DNA from: an uncultured delta proteobacterium
GTDB lineage: Bacteria; Myxococcota; Myxococcia; Myxococcales; Anaeromyxobacteraceae
Assembly (NCBI GenBank): GCA_963828255.1
Contig: CAWHDZ010000003.1
Span: 192,001 to 256,000 of the forward strand
Direction: 5' to 3'
Length of the DNA stretch: 64,000 bases
Program-made: the position numbers and the translations under genes
In this document: one piece after another, positions 9,207-19,943 of the stretch
How positions within the stretch are numbered: position 1 is the stretch's first letter
Layout of the letters: the number at the start of each line of letters is the position of its first letter
Notes under the pieces: generated by a model
Told to the model about the DNA's origin: nothing
What the model saw: only the letters and a program-made list of their open reading frames with translations
The model's database searches: none

Positions 9207-10709
9207 ATGCTCGGTCGAAAGCCCCGCGTTCTGCTCGTCACGTCGCCGTACCACGCCGGCGTGGTCGAGGCCGCCGGAACGTGGATGCCGCTCGCGATGG
9301 TCTACGTCGCGGGCGAGGCGCGTGCAGCCGGCGCCGAGGTCGAGGTCTACGACGCGATGTCCATGTTCGTCTCGCACGACGACATCGCGAAGAAGATCGC
9401 CGAGTTCAAGCCCGACATCGTCGGCACGTCCGCCATCACCGCCACCGAGCCCGACGCCCGGGTGATCTGCGCCAACGCAAAGGCCTGGAACCCCGAGGTT
9501 CGCACGGTGGTGGGCAACGTGCACGCCACCTACTGCTGGGAGGAGATCCTCCGCGACGACCCCAGCGTCGACTTCGTGGTGCGAGGGGAGGGCGAGCGGA
9601 CCATCGCCGAGCTCGTCCAGGCCGTGGCCGCCGGCGAGGGGTACGAGCGCATCGCCGGGCTCGCCTGGCGAAAGGACGGCGTCCCGGTCACCAACCCGCC
9701 CCGGATGCTCTGCTTCGACCTCGACCGGTTCCAGCCCGCCTTCGACCTGGTGGATTGGCCGCTCTACTGGTACCGCCCCAGCCCCCAGGGCAAGCTCGCC
9801 ATCGTGAGCTCGGCACGTGGCTGCGCCCAGCGCTGCTCGTTCTGCTCCCAGCAGAAGTTCTGGGGACGCAGCTGGCGCGGACGGGATCCGCTCAAGTTCG
9901 TGACCGAGCTGGAAATGCTGCGGGACAGGCACGGCGTGGCCGTGGCCATGCTCTCCGACGAGACCCCCACGACCGACCGGGCCCGGTGGGAGAAGGTCCT
10001 CGACCTGCTCATCGAGCGGCAGAGCGGGCTCGAACTCCTCATGGAGACCCGCGTCGACGACATCCTGCGCGACGAGGACATCCTGGGGAAGTACGCCAAG
10101 GCCGGCGTCTCGCACGTCTACCTGGGCGTCGAGTCCACCTCGCAGGCCACGCTCGACCTCTACAAGAAGGACATCAAGGTCACCGAGTCGAAGCGGGCCA
10201 TCGACCTCATCAACGAGTACGGCATGGTCTCGGAGACCTCCTTCGTCCTGGGGACCCCCGAGGAGACCACCGCCTCGGTCCGGGAGACCGTCGAGCTCGC
10301 CAAGTGGTACGCGCCCGACATGGCTTTCTTCCTCGCCCTGACCCCCTGGCCCTACTCCGACATCGGCCCCGAGATGGAGAGCCGCCTCGTCACCAAGGAT
10401 TACCGGCGCTACAACCTGGTCGAGCCGGTCATGAAGCCGGACAACATGACCATCGCCGAGCTGCACGGCGAGCTCCACCGGGCCACGGGCCACTTCTTCC
10501 ACGACAAGTTCAAGAACCTCGGGAAACTCACGCCCGAGAAGCGCCGCTTCATGATCAAGGTGCTGAAGCTCCTCATCGAGAACAGCTACCTGGGCGACGA
10601 GATGAAGCGGATGGCGGGCCACGCCAGCATGCCGGACTCCGTGAAGGAGATGCTCCGGGAGATCGGCATGGACGTTCCGGCCGGGCAGGCTTCCCCGACC
10701 GCGCGGTAG
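9207..10709 (+). CDS. Cobalamin-binding (class B) radical SAM protein
   Basis: N-terminal B12-binding domain, RGEGE, SARGCAQRCSFC (CxxxCxxC), LGVES; AGGAGG RBS. Confidence 0.9.
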   Translation: MLGRKPRVLLVTSPYHAGVVEAAGTWMPLAMVYVAGEARAAGAEVEVYDAMSMFVSHDDIAKKIAEFKPDIVGTSAITATEPDARVICANAKAWNPEVRTVVGNVHATYCWEEILRDDPSVDFVVRGEGERTIAELVQAVAAGEGYERIAGLAWRKDGVPVTNPPRMLCFDLDRFQPAFDLVDWPLYWYRPSPQGKLAIVSSARGCAQRCSFCSQQKFWGRSWRGRDPLKFVTELEMLRDRHGVAVAMLSDETPTTDRARWEKVLDLLIERQSGLELLMETRVDDILRDEDILGKYAKAGVSHVYLGVESTSQATLDLYKKDIKVTESKRAIDLINEYGMVSETSFVLGTPEETTASVRETVELAKWYAPDMAFFLALTPWPYSDIGPEMESRLVTKDYRRYNLVEPVMKPDNMTIAELHGELHRATGHFFHDKFKNLGKLTPEKRRFMIKVLKLLIENSYLGDEMKRMAGHASMPDSVKEMLREIGMDVPAGQASPTAR

Positions 10710-10739
10710 GGCCCCGGATCCGGCCAGGCCGGCGGGCCG

Positions 10740-11129
10740 TCACTCCCGAGCGAGCACGCCCTCGAGCAGATCCTTCGCCGCCGGCTCGATCTGCACGACG
10801 CGCATCCCCACGTCGAACACCGCCGGGCTTCCGGCGGGGAGTGGATCGCACCACTCCACCTCGACGAGCGCGTTGATCTCGCCCCCGCCCGGGAGGAACA
10901 CGTCCATCTCCAGCAGGCGGCCCGCCTTCAGCCTCTCGTCCGAGTAGGACCGGATCCCGACCTGGGACTTCTGGGCAGGCTCGCGCCGGAGACCGTGGGT
11001 GAACCAGGAGGTGGGCCGGTGGACGATGGGGGCCTGCACCCGGCGGTAGGGGGGGTGCGAGGTCGGCATCACGAGGACGCGCCCGGTCGACTCCCACCAA
11101 TCGAGCAATGCCATGCCCACGGGACACAC
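10740..11129 (-). CDS. PilZ-like domain protein (start uncertain, possibly 11069)
   Basis: Myxobacterial PilZ-like pattern RVQAP..S..GIRSYSD..VEVEWC..FDVGM. Confidence 0.55.
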   Translation of the reverse strand: MCPVGMALLDWWESTGRVLVMPTSHPPYRRVQAPIVHRPTSWFTHGLRREPAQKSQVGIRSYSDERLKAGRLLEMDVFLPGGGEINALVEVEWCDPLPAGSPAVFDVGMRVVQIEPAAKDLLEGVLARE

Positions 11130-11243
11130 TTTGACAGAACGCCGCAGGCCGCGCCAGAAGGGGCTCGAGTAAGCGAACGATTACGGCCTTCCCGGTCCTC
11201 CATCTTCCTGGGCCTCGGCGCCCGGTTCCCCTATAAGCGCCCG

Positions 11244-13063
11244 ATGCTTCGAAGGACTCTCGCCACGGCCCTCGCCGCGCTGGCCCTCACCGCCTGCAGC
11301 GCCTCCCGACCCATCCCCACCCCCGCCGATCCCCCGTTCGACGGCGCCCGGGCCAAGGCCGACGTGACCTGGCTCGCCGATCCGGCCCGCACCGGCCGGG
11401 GCGTGGGGACTCCCGGGATCGACGCCGCGGCCGACTGGATCGAGGGCCAGATGAAGGGCATCGGCCTCGCCCCAGCCGGCTCGGATGGCTTCCGGCAGGT
11501 CTTCGAGGCGCCGGTGGGCGCCCGGCTCCTCGACGGCAACGCACTCGTCCTCGACGGCACGGCCAAGAAGCTCTCGGTGGACTGGCAGCCCTTCACCTTC
11601 AGCGACGACGGCAAGGTGGAGGGGGAGCTGGTCTTCGCCGGCTACGGCATCACCGCTCCCGAGCTCTCCTATGACGACTACGCCGGCCTGGACGTGAAGG
11701 GGAAGATCGTGCTCCTTGCCCAGGACTTCCCGGGCGAGCAGGACCCGAAGTCACCCTTCCGCGACCCGAAGAACTACCGCTACGGCGAGTGGCGCTACAA
11801 GGTGACCAACGCCCGGGACCACGGGGCCGCGGCGGTGCTCGCGGTCCGGGACGACTGGAACCACCCGGCGAAGGACGAGATCCCGGCCTGGAAGGGATCG
11901 CCCAGCTCGCGGGCCGGCCTCATCGCGGCGCGGGTCACCCTGGATGCCGTGAAGCGGGCCGGCGTGGACGTGGCCGCCCTCGCCACCCCCATCGCCACCG
12001 ACATGAAGCCCCGCTCCAAGTCACTTGGAGTGAATGGGGCGGTCCAGGTCGCCGTGATGCACGAGCGGGCCCGCACCGCCAACGTGGCCGGCAAGATCGC
12101 CGGCTCCGATCCTGCCGTGGCCGACGAGTGCGTCATCGTCGGGGCCCACTACGACCACCTGGGCTTCGGCGGCGAGACCTCGGCCTCGCCCGACCAGATC
12201 GGCCAGGCCCACCTGGGCGCCGACGACAACGCCTCCGGCACGGCCGCCATCCTCGCGGTGGCGCGGGCCTTCGCGTCCCAGGCGCCGCCCCGCCGCACGG
12301 TGGTCATCGTGGCCTTCTCCGGCGAGGAACTGGGCGTCCTCGGATCGACCTTCTTCGTGAAGAACCCGCCGGCCGGCTGCACGGTCCCGAAGATGCAACT
12401 CATGGTGAACCTCGACATGGTCGGGCGTCCGCAGCAGGGGAAGCTCTACGTGCACGGCGTGGACACGGCCAGGGGGCTGCGCGAGACGGTGAAGGAGCAG
12501 GCCGGGCGCAACCCGCCCATCGCGCTGCGCGTCGAGCCGGGGGGGAGGGGTTCGGCTCCTCCGACAACACCAGCTTCTACGCCAAGGACGTCCCGGTCCT
12601 CTACCTCTTCAACGGCGCCCACACCGACTACCACCGGGTCAGCGACACCCCCGACAAGATCGACGCCGCCGGCCTCGCCGAGGCTTCCCGCCTGGCCTGG
12701 CGCGCGGCCCGGGACGCGGCCGACTGGCCGACCCGCCTCGAGGTCGTGAAGGTGGTCCAGGCGAAGCCACAGGGCGGAGGGGGAGGGCGGGGGAGCCGCC
12801 CCTCGCTCGGGACCATCCCCGACTTCTCCGAGCGCAACGAGCCGGGCGTGCTCCTCACCGGCGTGGTGCCGGGGAGCCCGGCGGAGAAGGCGGGTCTCGT
12901 CGGCGGCGACGTGGTGCTGCGCCTCGGGACGAAGAAGATCCTGAACCTCCAGGACCTCCAGTACGCCCTCACCGGACACCGCCCCGGCGACGTGCTCGAA
13001 CTCGAGTACGCTCGGGGCGGGAAGGTCTCGGTCGTCCAGGTCACGCTGGCCGAGCGCAAGTAG
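11244..13063 (+). CDS. M28 metallopeptidase lipoprotein with PA and PDZ domains; apparent frameshift at G-run 12539-12545
   Basis: LTAC lipobox, GAHYDHLG, GADDNASG, FSGEELG, NLDMVGR. Continues in another frame as GFGSSD..HTDYHRVSD..PDZ (GSPAEKAGL). Confidence 0.85.
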
Positions 13064-13084
13064 CCCCACGCCCGGGCCGGGAGG

Positions 13085-14287
13085 CTACATTCCGGGGAAC
13101 GGGAAGGGCGGATCCTCGAAGTACGAGGCCGGCCAGCCCGTGAAGTCCTTCGAGGAGTCGGCGAGCAGGGGGACGTCGCCGAAGGCCGCGTCGCAGGGAG
13201 TCGCCGCCGCGTCCATCATCGTTCCGGCGGAGGCGCCGGCCAGGGTGGCGCCCGAGGCGTCCTCGGCCTTCATCATCCAGTAGCCCTCGGTCGGCATGTG
13301 CCGCTCGGCTGCCGCGCTGTGGCAGGTCACGCCCACGATGCGGGCCACCGGCGCGACCAGCTGGCCGCCCGAGATGAGCCCGTCGCTGCGCCCGTGCACC
13401 TTGCCGTCGGCCGCCTTGAACCAGCGCGAGACCATCTGCGCGTCGGCCGGGAGGAGGTCGGGGTTCGCGGTGCGAGGGTCCATGCCGCAGAGGAAGACCA
13501 TCTCGTCCTTGATCTTGAGGCTGCCGCCCTTGCTGGCCACGCGGTGGTACAGGTACTCGCCGCTGCGGGGCCGGGAGAGGCCGGGCGGGATGACGCCGCC
13601 GTCGAACTTGCCGGCGTCGAGGTCCCAGGTGACGTTCGTGCCCCGGACGGCGATCTTCCGGCCGGCGGCGGAGACGTCGAACCGGACCTCGAGCGTGCCG
13701 GAGGCGGCCTTCTCGTTCGGGAAGGCGGCGTGGAGCAGCGTGAAGTCCACCTCCATCGTGCCCTTTCCCTCGTGCTCGCCGGAGTAGCCGTTGCGGTCGA
13801 TCTCTCCGGACATGACCACGGGGAGCGGGGTCGTGCCCGTGGGGCCGGCCGCGAGCTCCCAGCTGTAGACGCTGGAGGCGACGAGCCTCACAGTGAAGGT
13901 GACGTCCACGCCGGCCTCGGTCATCGTCCAGGTCTTCGATGTCTCGGTGGAGGTTGCCGGCATCGAGGAGATCACGCGCTCCACGTGGCGGAGCACCTTG
14001 TAGATGTGCCGGTTCACCCGCTCCACCACCTCGCGCTCGCGCATGAAGAGGTGCGGGTGGCAGCCGCCACCGGGGCCGGCCAGGTCCGCCGTCAGCGAGG
14101 CGCCGGGGGTCTCGAGAAGCGCCGCCGCGGGCGGGGTCGTGTCGGCGTCCACCTGATCGAGCGCCAGCGCGGCGAAGCTCGGGAGGGCGGCGTCCAGCGC
14201 CGCGCTGCCCGTGCCGGTGGACATGGAGCCGCCGCAGGCCAGGACCACGGCGAGCGGGGCGGTGAGGATCAAGGTGCGAAAGTTCAT
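13085..14287 (-). CDS. Hypothetical lipoprotein
   Basis: MNFRTLILTAPLAVVLA-CGG lipobox; GGAGG RBS; beta-rich mature region. Confidence 0.75.
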   Translation of the reverse strand: MNFRTLILTAPLAVVLACGGSMSTGTGSAALDAALPSFAALALDQVDADTTPPAAALLETPGASLTADLAGPGGGCHPHLFMREREVVERVNRHIYKVLRHVERVISSMPATSTETSKTWTMTEAGVDVTFTVRLVASSVYSWELAAGPTGTTPLPVVMSGEIDRNGYSGEHEGKGTMEVDFTLLHAAFPNEKAASGTLEVRFDVSAAGRKIAVRGTNVTWDLDAGKFDGGVIPPGLSRPRSGEYLYHRVASKGGSLKIKDEMVFLCGMDPRTANPDLLPADAQMVSRWFKAADGKVHGRSDGLISGGQLVAPVARIVGVTCHSAAAERHMPTEGYWMMKAEDASGATLAGASAGTMMDAAATPCDAAFGDVPLLADSSKDFTGWPASYFEDPPFPFPGM

Positions 14288-14416
14288 GTGCGGCCTCCGG
14301 GCGTCCAGCCCTCTTGCGTATGGCAGATTGAACACCCCTGCCCCGAAGGAGTTGCGGCCCGGTAAAGCGAAGGACCTGCGCAGGGTTGCGCAGGTCCTGG
14401 TTCGGCCCCGGGAAGG

Positions 14417-14668
14417 CTACGAGGGCTTTCGCTCGCTCGGAGCGGCCTGCTTCGAGGCCTCCACCGACGGACCCCTGGCGTGGCCGGGGAGCTCCGTCGC
14501 AGCGGGTTCCTTCGCCGCCGGCGGAGCGTCGTCGTTGCCCTCGGAGGACTTCTTGAAGTTGCGGATGCCCCTGCCGAGCGCCTCGCCGAGCTGGGGCAGC
14601 TTCGAGGGGCCGAAGATGAGGAGCGCGACCGCCAGGATGAGCAGGATCTCGCCGAATCCGAGTCTCAT
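14417..14668 (-). CDS. tatA: Twin-arginine translocase TatA/E
   Basis: [40 protein letters not shown]. Confidence 0.9.
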   Translation of the reverse strand: MRLGFGEILLILAVALLIFGPSKLPQLGEALGRGIRNFKKSSEGNDDAPPAAKEPAATELPGHARGPSVEASKQAAPSERKPS

Positions 14669-14728
14669 GTGGCCCGTATAGCACCGGCCGACGCCGCACA
14701 CCACACCGCCGCCATCACCCCTCCGGGA

Positions 14729-15322
14729 TCAGCGGGCCCGTGCCTCGACGAGGGACAGGAACGGGTCGGAGGTGAGCACGCCGAGCAGGACGAGCCGCCG
14801 GCCGCCGCGGCCTGGACCGGCGCCCGGGCCGGCTTCGTCGCCGTCGGGCCCGCCCGGGCCGCCCGGGCCACGGGGACCGGGGCCGATGCCGAGCCGGACT
14901 GCCTTCAGCGCCTGGAGCTGCGCCGGCGTCAGGATGGCGAGCACCTGCGTGCGCAGCGCCTGCCCCTCGCCGCGCCGCGAGGCCATGCCGGCCTGCCGGG
15001 CCTCGCGCATCGCCTCCTGGGTGCCCTCGGAGACGGCACCCCCGGCCCGGAGCTCGTCCCGGGCGCGGGTGAGGGCAGCCACGAGCGCCGGGTCGGGCGA
15101 CTCGACCCGGGCGCGGAAGGCCTGTACCTGGGCGGCCGCCTGCCGCAGGACCGGAAGGAGGGCGCGGGCCTGGTCCGGTGTGATCGCGAGGGCCCGGTCC
15201 ATCTGGAGGGCCGCGATCTCGGCGCGCAGCGCGGCCACCTCCGGCGACGGGGCGAGAGGGCGCGCGGAGGCCGTGGTGGCCGCGAGGAGGAGGATGGCTG
15301 CGACGGCGCTTCGGGCGATCAT
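14729..15322 (-). CDS. Periplasmic Spy/CpxP-like helical protein
   Basis: Signal peptide; ITPDQ and LTPAQ (LTxxQ) motifs. Confidence 0.6.
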   Translation of the reverse strand: MIARSAVAAILLLAATTASARPLAPSPEVAALRAEIAALQMDRALAITPDQARALLPVLRQAAAQVQAFRARVESPDPALVAALTRARDELRAGGAVSEGTQEAMREARQAGMASRRGEGQALRTQVLAILTPAQLQALKAVRLGIGPGPRGPGGPGGPDGDEAGPGAGPGRGGRRLVLLGVLTSDPFLSLVEARAR

Positions 15323-15412
15323 GTGGACTCCAGTGGAAGGGTCACCGGTCCAGACCCGCGGCGGGTCGGGACGTTAGTCCACGATGTCCGGAGGTGCTAC
15401 GGTGCGCCCCCG

Positions 15413-16914
15413 ATGAAGCCTGACCCGGACCTGGCCTCCCTGCTCGCCGCCTGGCGCGACACGCCCGCCGGGGACGACGATCTGAGGGGGCGGATCGGTG
15501 CGACCGTCGCCGCGCTGAAGAACCTCCGCCGCGACAGGCCCGAGCTCTTCTCCTCCGAGGCCGCCCGGCTGGTGCGCCCGGCGCCGGACGTCGCCGCGCA
15601 GCGTGGGGCGCAGGCGCCACGAGCGCCTCGGCCACCCGTTCAGGCGGACCCCACCCAGGTCCTCCGCGACGTCTTCGGCTTCCCCTCCTTCCGCCCCGGC
15701 CAGCGCGAGCTCGTGGACGCCGTCCTCTCCGGCCGCGATGCCCTCGGCGTCCTCCCCACCGGTTCGGGCAAGTCACTCACCTACCAGCTGCCTGCCCGGA
15801 TGCTGGGAGGCGTCACCCTGGTGGTCTCCCCGCTCATCGCCCTCATGAAGGACCAGGTCGAGGCCATGGGGAGGGTGGGCCTTCGCGCCACCTTTCTCAA
15901 CTCCGCCCTCGACGCCGAGGAGCGGCGCAGCCGGGTGGCCGCGGTTCGCCGCGGGGAGTACGAGCTGGTCTACGCGGCGCCCGAGGGGCTCGAGGGTGCG
16001 GCCGGCGCCGCGCTCGCCGGCGCGCGCCTCTCGCTCGTCGCCGTGGACGAGGCCCACTGCATCAGCCACTGGGGGCACGACTTCCGCCCCGCCTACCGGA
16101 ACCTGGCCGGGTTGCGGGCCCGCTTCGGCGGTGCTCCGGTCCTGGCGCTCACCGCCACGGCCACGCCGAAGGTGGCCACCGACATCGCCGAGCAGCTGGG
16201 CATGCGCGCGCCGGCCCTCTTCCGCGGATCGGTCTTCCGCCCCAACCTCCAGCTCCACGTGGTGAAGAAGGGGGGGAAGGGCCGGGATCGCGGGACGAGA
16301 TCCTGGACCGGGTCCGCGCCCGCCGCGGGCAGAGCGGCATCGTCTACTGCATCGCCCGCAGGTCGGCCGAGTCGGTCGCCGACTTCCTCCGTTCACGGAA
16401 GGTGAAGGCGATGGCCTACCACGCCGGCCTCGAGGCCGGCGAGCGGGAGCGGGTCCAGGACGCCTTCCTGGGCGGGCAGGCCGACGTGGTGGTCGCCACC
16501 GTGGCCTTCGGGATGGGCATCGACAAGCCGGACATCCGCTACGTGATCCACCGCGACATGCCCGGTTCGGTCGAGGGGTACTGCCAGGAGATCGGCCGCG
16601 CCGGCCGCGACGGGGAGCCCTCCGACTGCGTGCTCCTCTACTCCTGGGCCGACGTGATGGCACACGACCGGCTGGCCGAGGGCACCGACGACGCCGCCAC
16701 GTCCCGTCTCCAGCGGCAGAAGGCGCGGGCCATGTTCGAGTGGGCCGAGGCGAGCGGCTGCCGTCACCGGCTCCTGGGGCGCCACTTCGGCGAGGAGCTC
16801 CCTCCCTGCGGTTCGAGCTGCGACGCCTGCGCCCCTGCCAGGGCGGTGGCGACCCGCGCGGGGACGGTTCGCCGGGCGGCGGTCTCGCGCCGCACGCGTG
16901 GATGGCCACGCTGA
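15413..16914 (+). CDS. recQ: RecQ-family DNA helicase (short form); apparent frameshift at G-run 16270-16276
   Basis: FRPGQ, PTGSGKS, DEAHCISHWGHDFRP, ALTATA; second frame GIVYC..YHAG..ATVAFGMGIDK..QEIGRAGRDG; Zn-binding Cys cluster. Confidence 0.88.
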
Positions 16915-16940
16915 TTCCCGGTTCGGTTAGCATGCCCCCG

Positions 16941-19472
16941 ATGACGTCCCGCTCCCGAGCCCTCGCATCGGCGGCCCTCTCGACGGCCGCCCTCCTCCTC
17001 TGCGCCGGCCCTGCCCACGCCGCCGGCCCCCTGGATTTGTTCGCGCCCCCCGTCTCGGACGCGAAGCCCGTGGCGAAGCGGGACGCGCCGCCCTCCCCGG
17101 AGGCAATCCCGCTGCCCGGGATCGTTCCGGCCGCGGTGGAGGCCTACCGGAACCTGGCCGCCATCCGGGCGAGGACCGATCCGGGACGATCCCTCGACCA
17201 GATGCTCGCCCCCCTCGACGAGCTCGGGAAGGCAGTCGAGCAGGCCGGGAAGCTCTTGACGGACCAGCCGATCAACGCGGTCTCCGACCGCGACCTGGTG
17301 GACTTCCGGCAGGACATGCTCCGGCAGGACGCGCTGCTCGGGAGGTGGAGCTCGAAGCTCGAGGAGGCCGTCCGCACGACGTACGGCTCACTGAAGGAGC
17401 TCGAGCGGATGGAGGCGGTCTGGACGCTCACCGAGCAGAGGGCCGCGGCCGAGGGGGCGGCCCCCGCGATCCTGGCGCGCGCACAGTCGGTGCGCGGGGA
17501 GATCCACGACCTCGGGAAGAGCGTCCGTGCGCGGCTCGACCGGTTGCTCGCCGCGCAGGATCGCGTGGCCAGCCTGCGCATCCGGATCCTGGCCTGGATG
17601 GAGGCCGCCGATCGGGCCGACGCGGTGCGGGACCTGCAGCTCTTCGAGATCGAGGCCCGGCCCATCTGGGAGGTCCTCTCGCGAAAGGAGCCGTTCCGCG
17701 ACTTCGGCGACCAGCTCCGCCGGGTCTTCCAGCACAACGTCTCGACCCTGTCGGCCTTCGTGCGCGAGGAGGGGTTCGGCTTCCTCTGGGTCCTGGCCGC
17801 CTTCGTGATCGTGGCGGCCTCCATCGCCTGGACGGGGAGGCACTTCGCCGCCCGCGCCGCCGCCGACCCCGAGCTCTCCGTGCCGGCCGAGGCGGTCGCG
17901 CACCCCGTCGCCGCAGGGATCCTCGTCGCGCTCAGCCTCACCTCCTGGTTCCTTCCGATGGCGCCCGCGGTCTTCACCGAGCTGTCGATCCTGGTCGCGC
18001 TGCCCTCGCTCCTCCTGCTCGCCGGCAAGGTGCTCCCCGCGGCGATGCGAGCCCCGCTCTACGGCTTCACGGCGCTCTTCGGCGTCACCAGGCTCGCCGC
18101 CGTCCTCCCCGAATCCTCGCTGGCGGGGCGGCTCCTCATCCTCCTCGTCGCGATCGTCGCCATCGTCGCCACGATCCGGTTGCTCCGGAGGGACGCGCCC
18201 TGGACCCAGGCGATCGCGCGCCCCAACCGGAGGGCGCAGGTCCGGATCGCCCTGTGGGTGATCGGCGCCCTGCTCGCGGTCTCCCTGGTCGCAAACGTGG
18301 TCGGGAACGTGAGCCTGGGGCGAAGGCTCGCCGACGGAGCCCTTTCCTCCGGGATGCTGGCGCTCGTCCTCGCGGCGGTCGCCCGGGTGCTCCGCGGGCT
18401 GTTCGTGGGCGCCCTGCGCATGCCGGAGGTCCATAGATTTCCGGCGGTGGCCGGGAACGCCGCCCTCATCGCCGAGCGGGGCTCGGTGCTCCTCGAGTGG
18501 GCCGGCCTGCTGCTCTGGATCGGCGGCACCCTCCGGGTGTTCTACGTGGACACCGCGGTGGTGGAGTGGATTCGCTCCGTACTCACCGCCCGTCTCCGGT
18601 TCGGCGGGCTCGACCTCTCCCTGAGCGACCTGGCCGCCTTCGGGATCACCCTCTGGCTCGCGGTACTGCTGGCCCGCCTGCTCCGCGTCCTGCTGGAGGC
18701 CTGGCTGGACCGGGACGGGAAACTTCCCGCCGGGGTCCCGGTCGCCATCTCCAAGACGGTGGGCTACCTCGTGGTCGGGTTCGGGTTCCTGATGGCCATC
18801 CTCGCCTCGGGCATGGACGTCACCCGCTTCACCGTGATCCTGGGCACGCTCTCGGTCGGCATCGGCTTCGGCCTGCAGAACGTGGTGAACAACTTCGTCT
18901 CCGGGCTCATCCTGCTCTACGAACGCCCCATCCGCGTGGGGGACGTCATCGAGGTGGGGACGTCCACCGGCACGGTGACCCACATCGGGATCCGCTCCAG
19001 CACCATCAAGACCTTCCAGGGCGCCGAGGTGGTGCTGCCCAACTCCAACCTGGTCTCGAACCAGCTCACCAACTGGACCCTCTCCGACCAGGTCCGGCGC
19101 GTGGACATCGACGTCGGGGTGGCCTACGGCAGCGACGTCGTGAAGGTACAGGAGGTCCTGCTCCTCGCCGCTCGGGCCAACGTGGACGTGCTGTCCGACC
19201 CCGCACCGGTGGCCCTCTTCACCGGGCTGGGGGACAGCGCCCTCACCTTCCAGCTCCGGTTCTTCACCTCCCGGTTCGACCGTTACCTGGCCATCGCCGG
19301 CGAGGTCCGGCAGGCGGTGGTCGAGAAGCTCGACGCGGCCGGGATCGCCATCCCGTTCCCCCAGCGTGACGTGCGCGTGATCTCGGTGGAGGGCGCGGCG
19401 GCCCGGGCGCTGCGCGGCGGAGCGCCGGACGCGAAGGAGCCGGACGCGGAAACGCCGGCGGGCGGGAAGTAG
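16941..19472 (+). CDS. Large MscS/MscK-like mechanosensitive channel
   Basis: Signal peptide, coiled periplasmic part, many TMs, GIGFGLQNVVNNFVSG, ERPIRVGD, IPFPQRD. Confidence 0.9.
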   Translation: MTSRSRALASAALSTAALLLCAGPAHAAGPLDLFAPPVSDAKPVAKRDAPPSPEAIPLPGIVPAAVEAYRNLAAIRARTDPGRSLDQMLAPLDELGKAVEQAGKLLTDQPINAVSDRDLVDFRQDMLRQDALLGRWSSKLEEAVRTTYGSLKELERMEAVWTLTEQRAAAEGAAPAILARAQSVRGEIHDLGKSVRARLDRLLAAQDRVASLRIRILAWMEAADRADAVRDLQLFEIEARPIWEVLSRKEPFRDFGDQLRRVFQHNVSTLSAFVREEGFGFLWVLAAFVIVAASIAWTGRHFAARAAADPELSVPAEAVAHPVAAGILVALSLTSWFLPMAPAVFTELSILVALPSLLLLAGKVLPAAMRAPLYGFTALFGVTRLAAVLPESSLAGRLLILLVAIVAIVATIRLLRRDAPWTQAIARPNRRAQVRIALWVIGALLAVSLVANVVGNVSLGRRLADGALSSGMLALVLAAVARVLRGLFVGALRMPEVHRFPAVAGNAALIAERGSVLLEWAGLLLWIGGTLRVFYVDTAVVEWIRSVLTARLRFGGLDLSLSDLAAFGITLWLAVLLARLLRVLLEAWLDRDGKLPAGVPVAISKTVGYLVVGFGFLMAILASGMDVTRFTVILGTLSVGIGFGLQNVVNNFVSGLILLYERPIRVGDVIEVGTSTGTVTHIGIRSSTIKTFQGAEVVLPNSNLVSNQLTNWTLSDQVRRVDIDVGVAYGSDVVKVQEVLLLAARANVDVLSDPAPVALFTGLGDSALTFQLRFFTSRFDRYLAIAGEVRQAVVEKLDAAGIAIPFPQRDVRVISVEGAAARALRGGAPDAKEPDAETPAGGK

Positions 19473-19475
19473 CGC

Positions 19476-19892
19476 CTACCGCAGCCCCTCGCCGGTGGTG
19501 GCCGGCACGACCTTGCCGTACTTCACGCCCTTGGTGGAGACGAGCCCGTCCCCCATGGCCGAGATGTCGCGCCCGCGCCCGCGCAGGACCAGAACCTCGA
19601 GGCAGTTGTGGGGGTCGAGGTGGACGTGGAGCGCCGAGACCACGGCCCGGTGGTTCTCGTGCTGGATGTGGGCGAGCTTCTGGGCCAGGCTCGCCGAGTC
19701 GTGGTCGTAGACCAGGGTCACCACGGCGACCTTCTCCTCCTTGTCCCGCGAGGCCCACTCGCGCTGGACCAGCGAGTCGCGGATGAGGTCCCGGACCGCC
19801 TCCGACCGGTTCACGTAGCCCTTCTCGGCGATGAGCCGGTCGAACTGCGCCAGGAGGTCCTCCTCCAGAGAGATCCCGATGCGCTCGAGCAT
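19476..19892 (-). CDS. nikR: Nickel-responsive regulator NikR
   Basis: RHH N-terminus RIGISL..NRSEAVRDLIR; HVHLDPHNC nickel site. Confidence 0.95.
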   Translation of the reverse strand: MLERIGISLEEDLLAQFDRLIAEKGYVNRSEAVRDLIRDSLVQREWASRDKEEKVAVVTLVYDHDSASLAQKLAHIQHENHRAVVSALHVHLDPHNCLEVLVLRGRGRDISAMGDGLVSTKGVKYGKVVPATTGEGLR

Positions 19893-19943
19893 GCGTGAAC
19901 ACTACCCGCCCCGCCGGCCGAAATGCTACGAATCTGCGGACCG

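Noticed and set aside
14808..14885. GC-rich quasi-repeats (CCCGGGCC) in the Spy-like gene
   Set aside because: They encode a Gly/Pro linker; low-complexity coding sequence, not a repeat element
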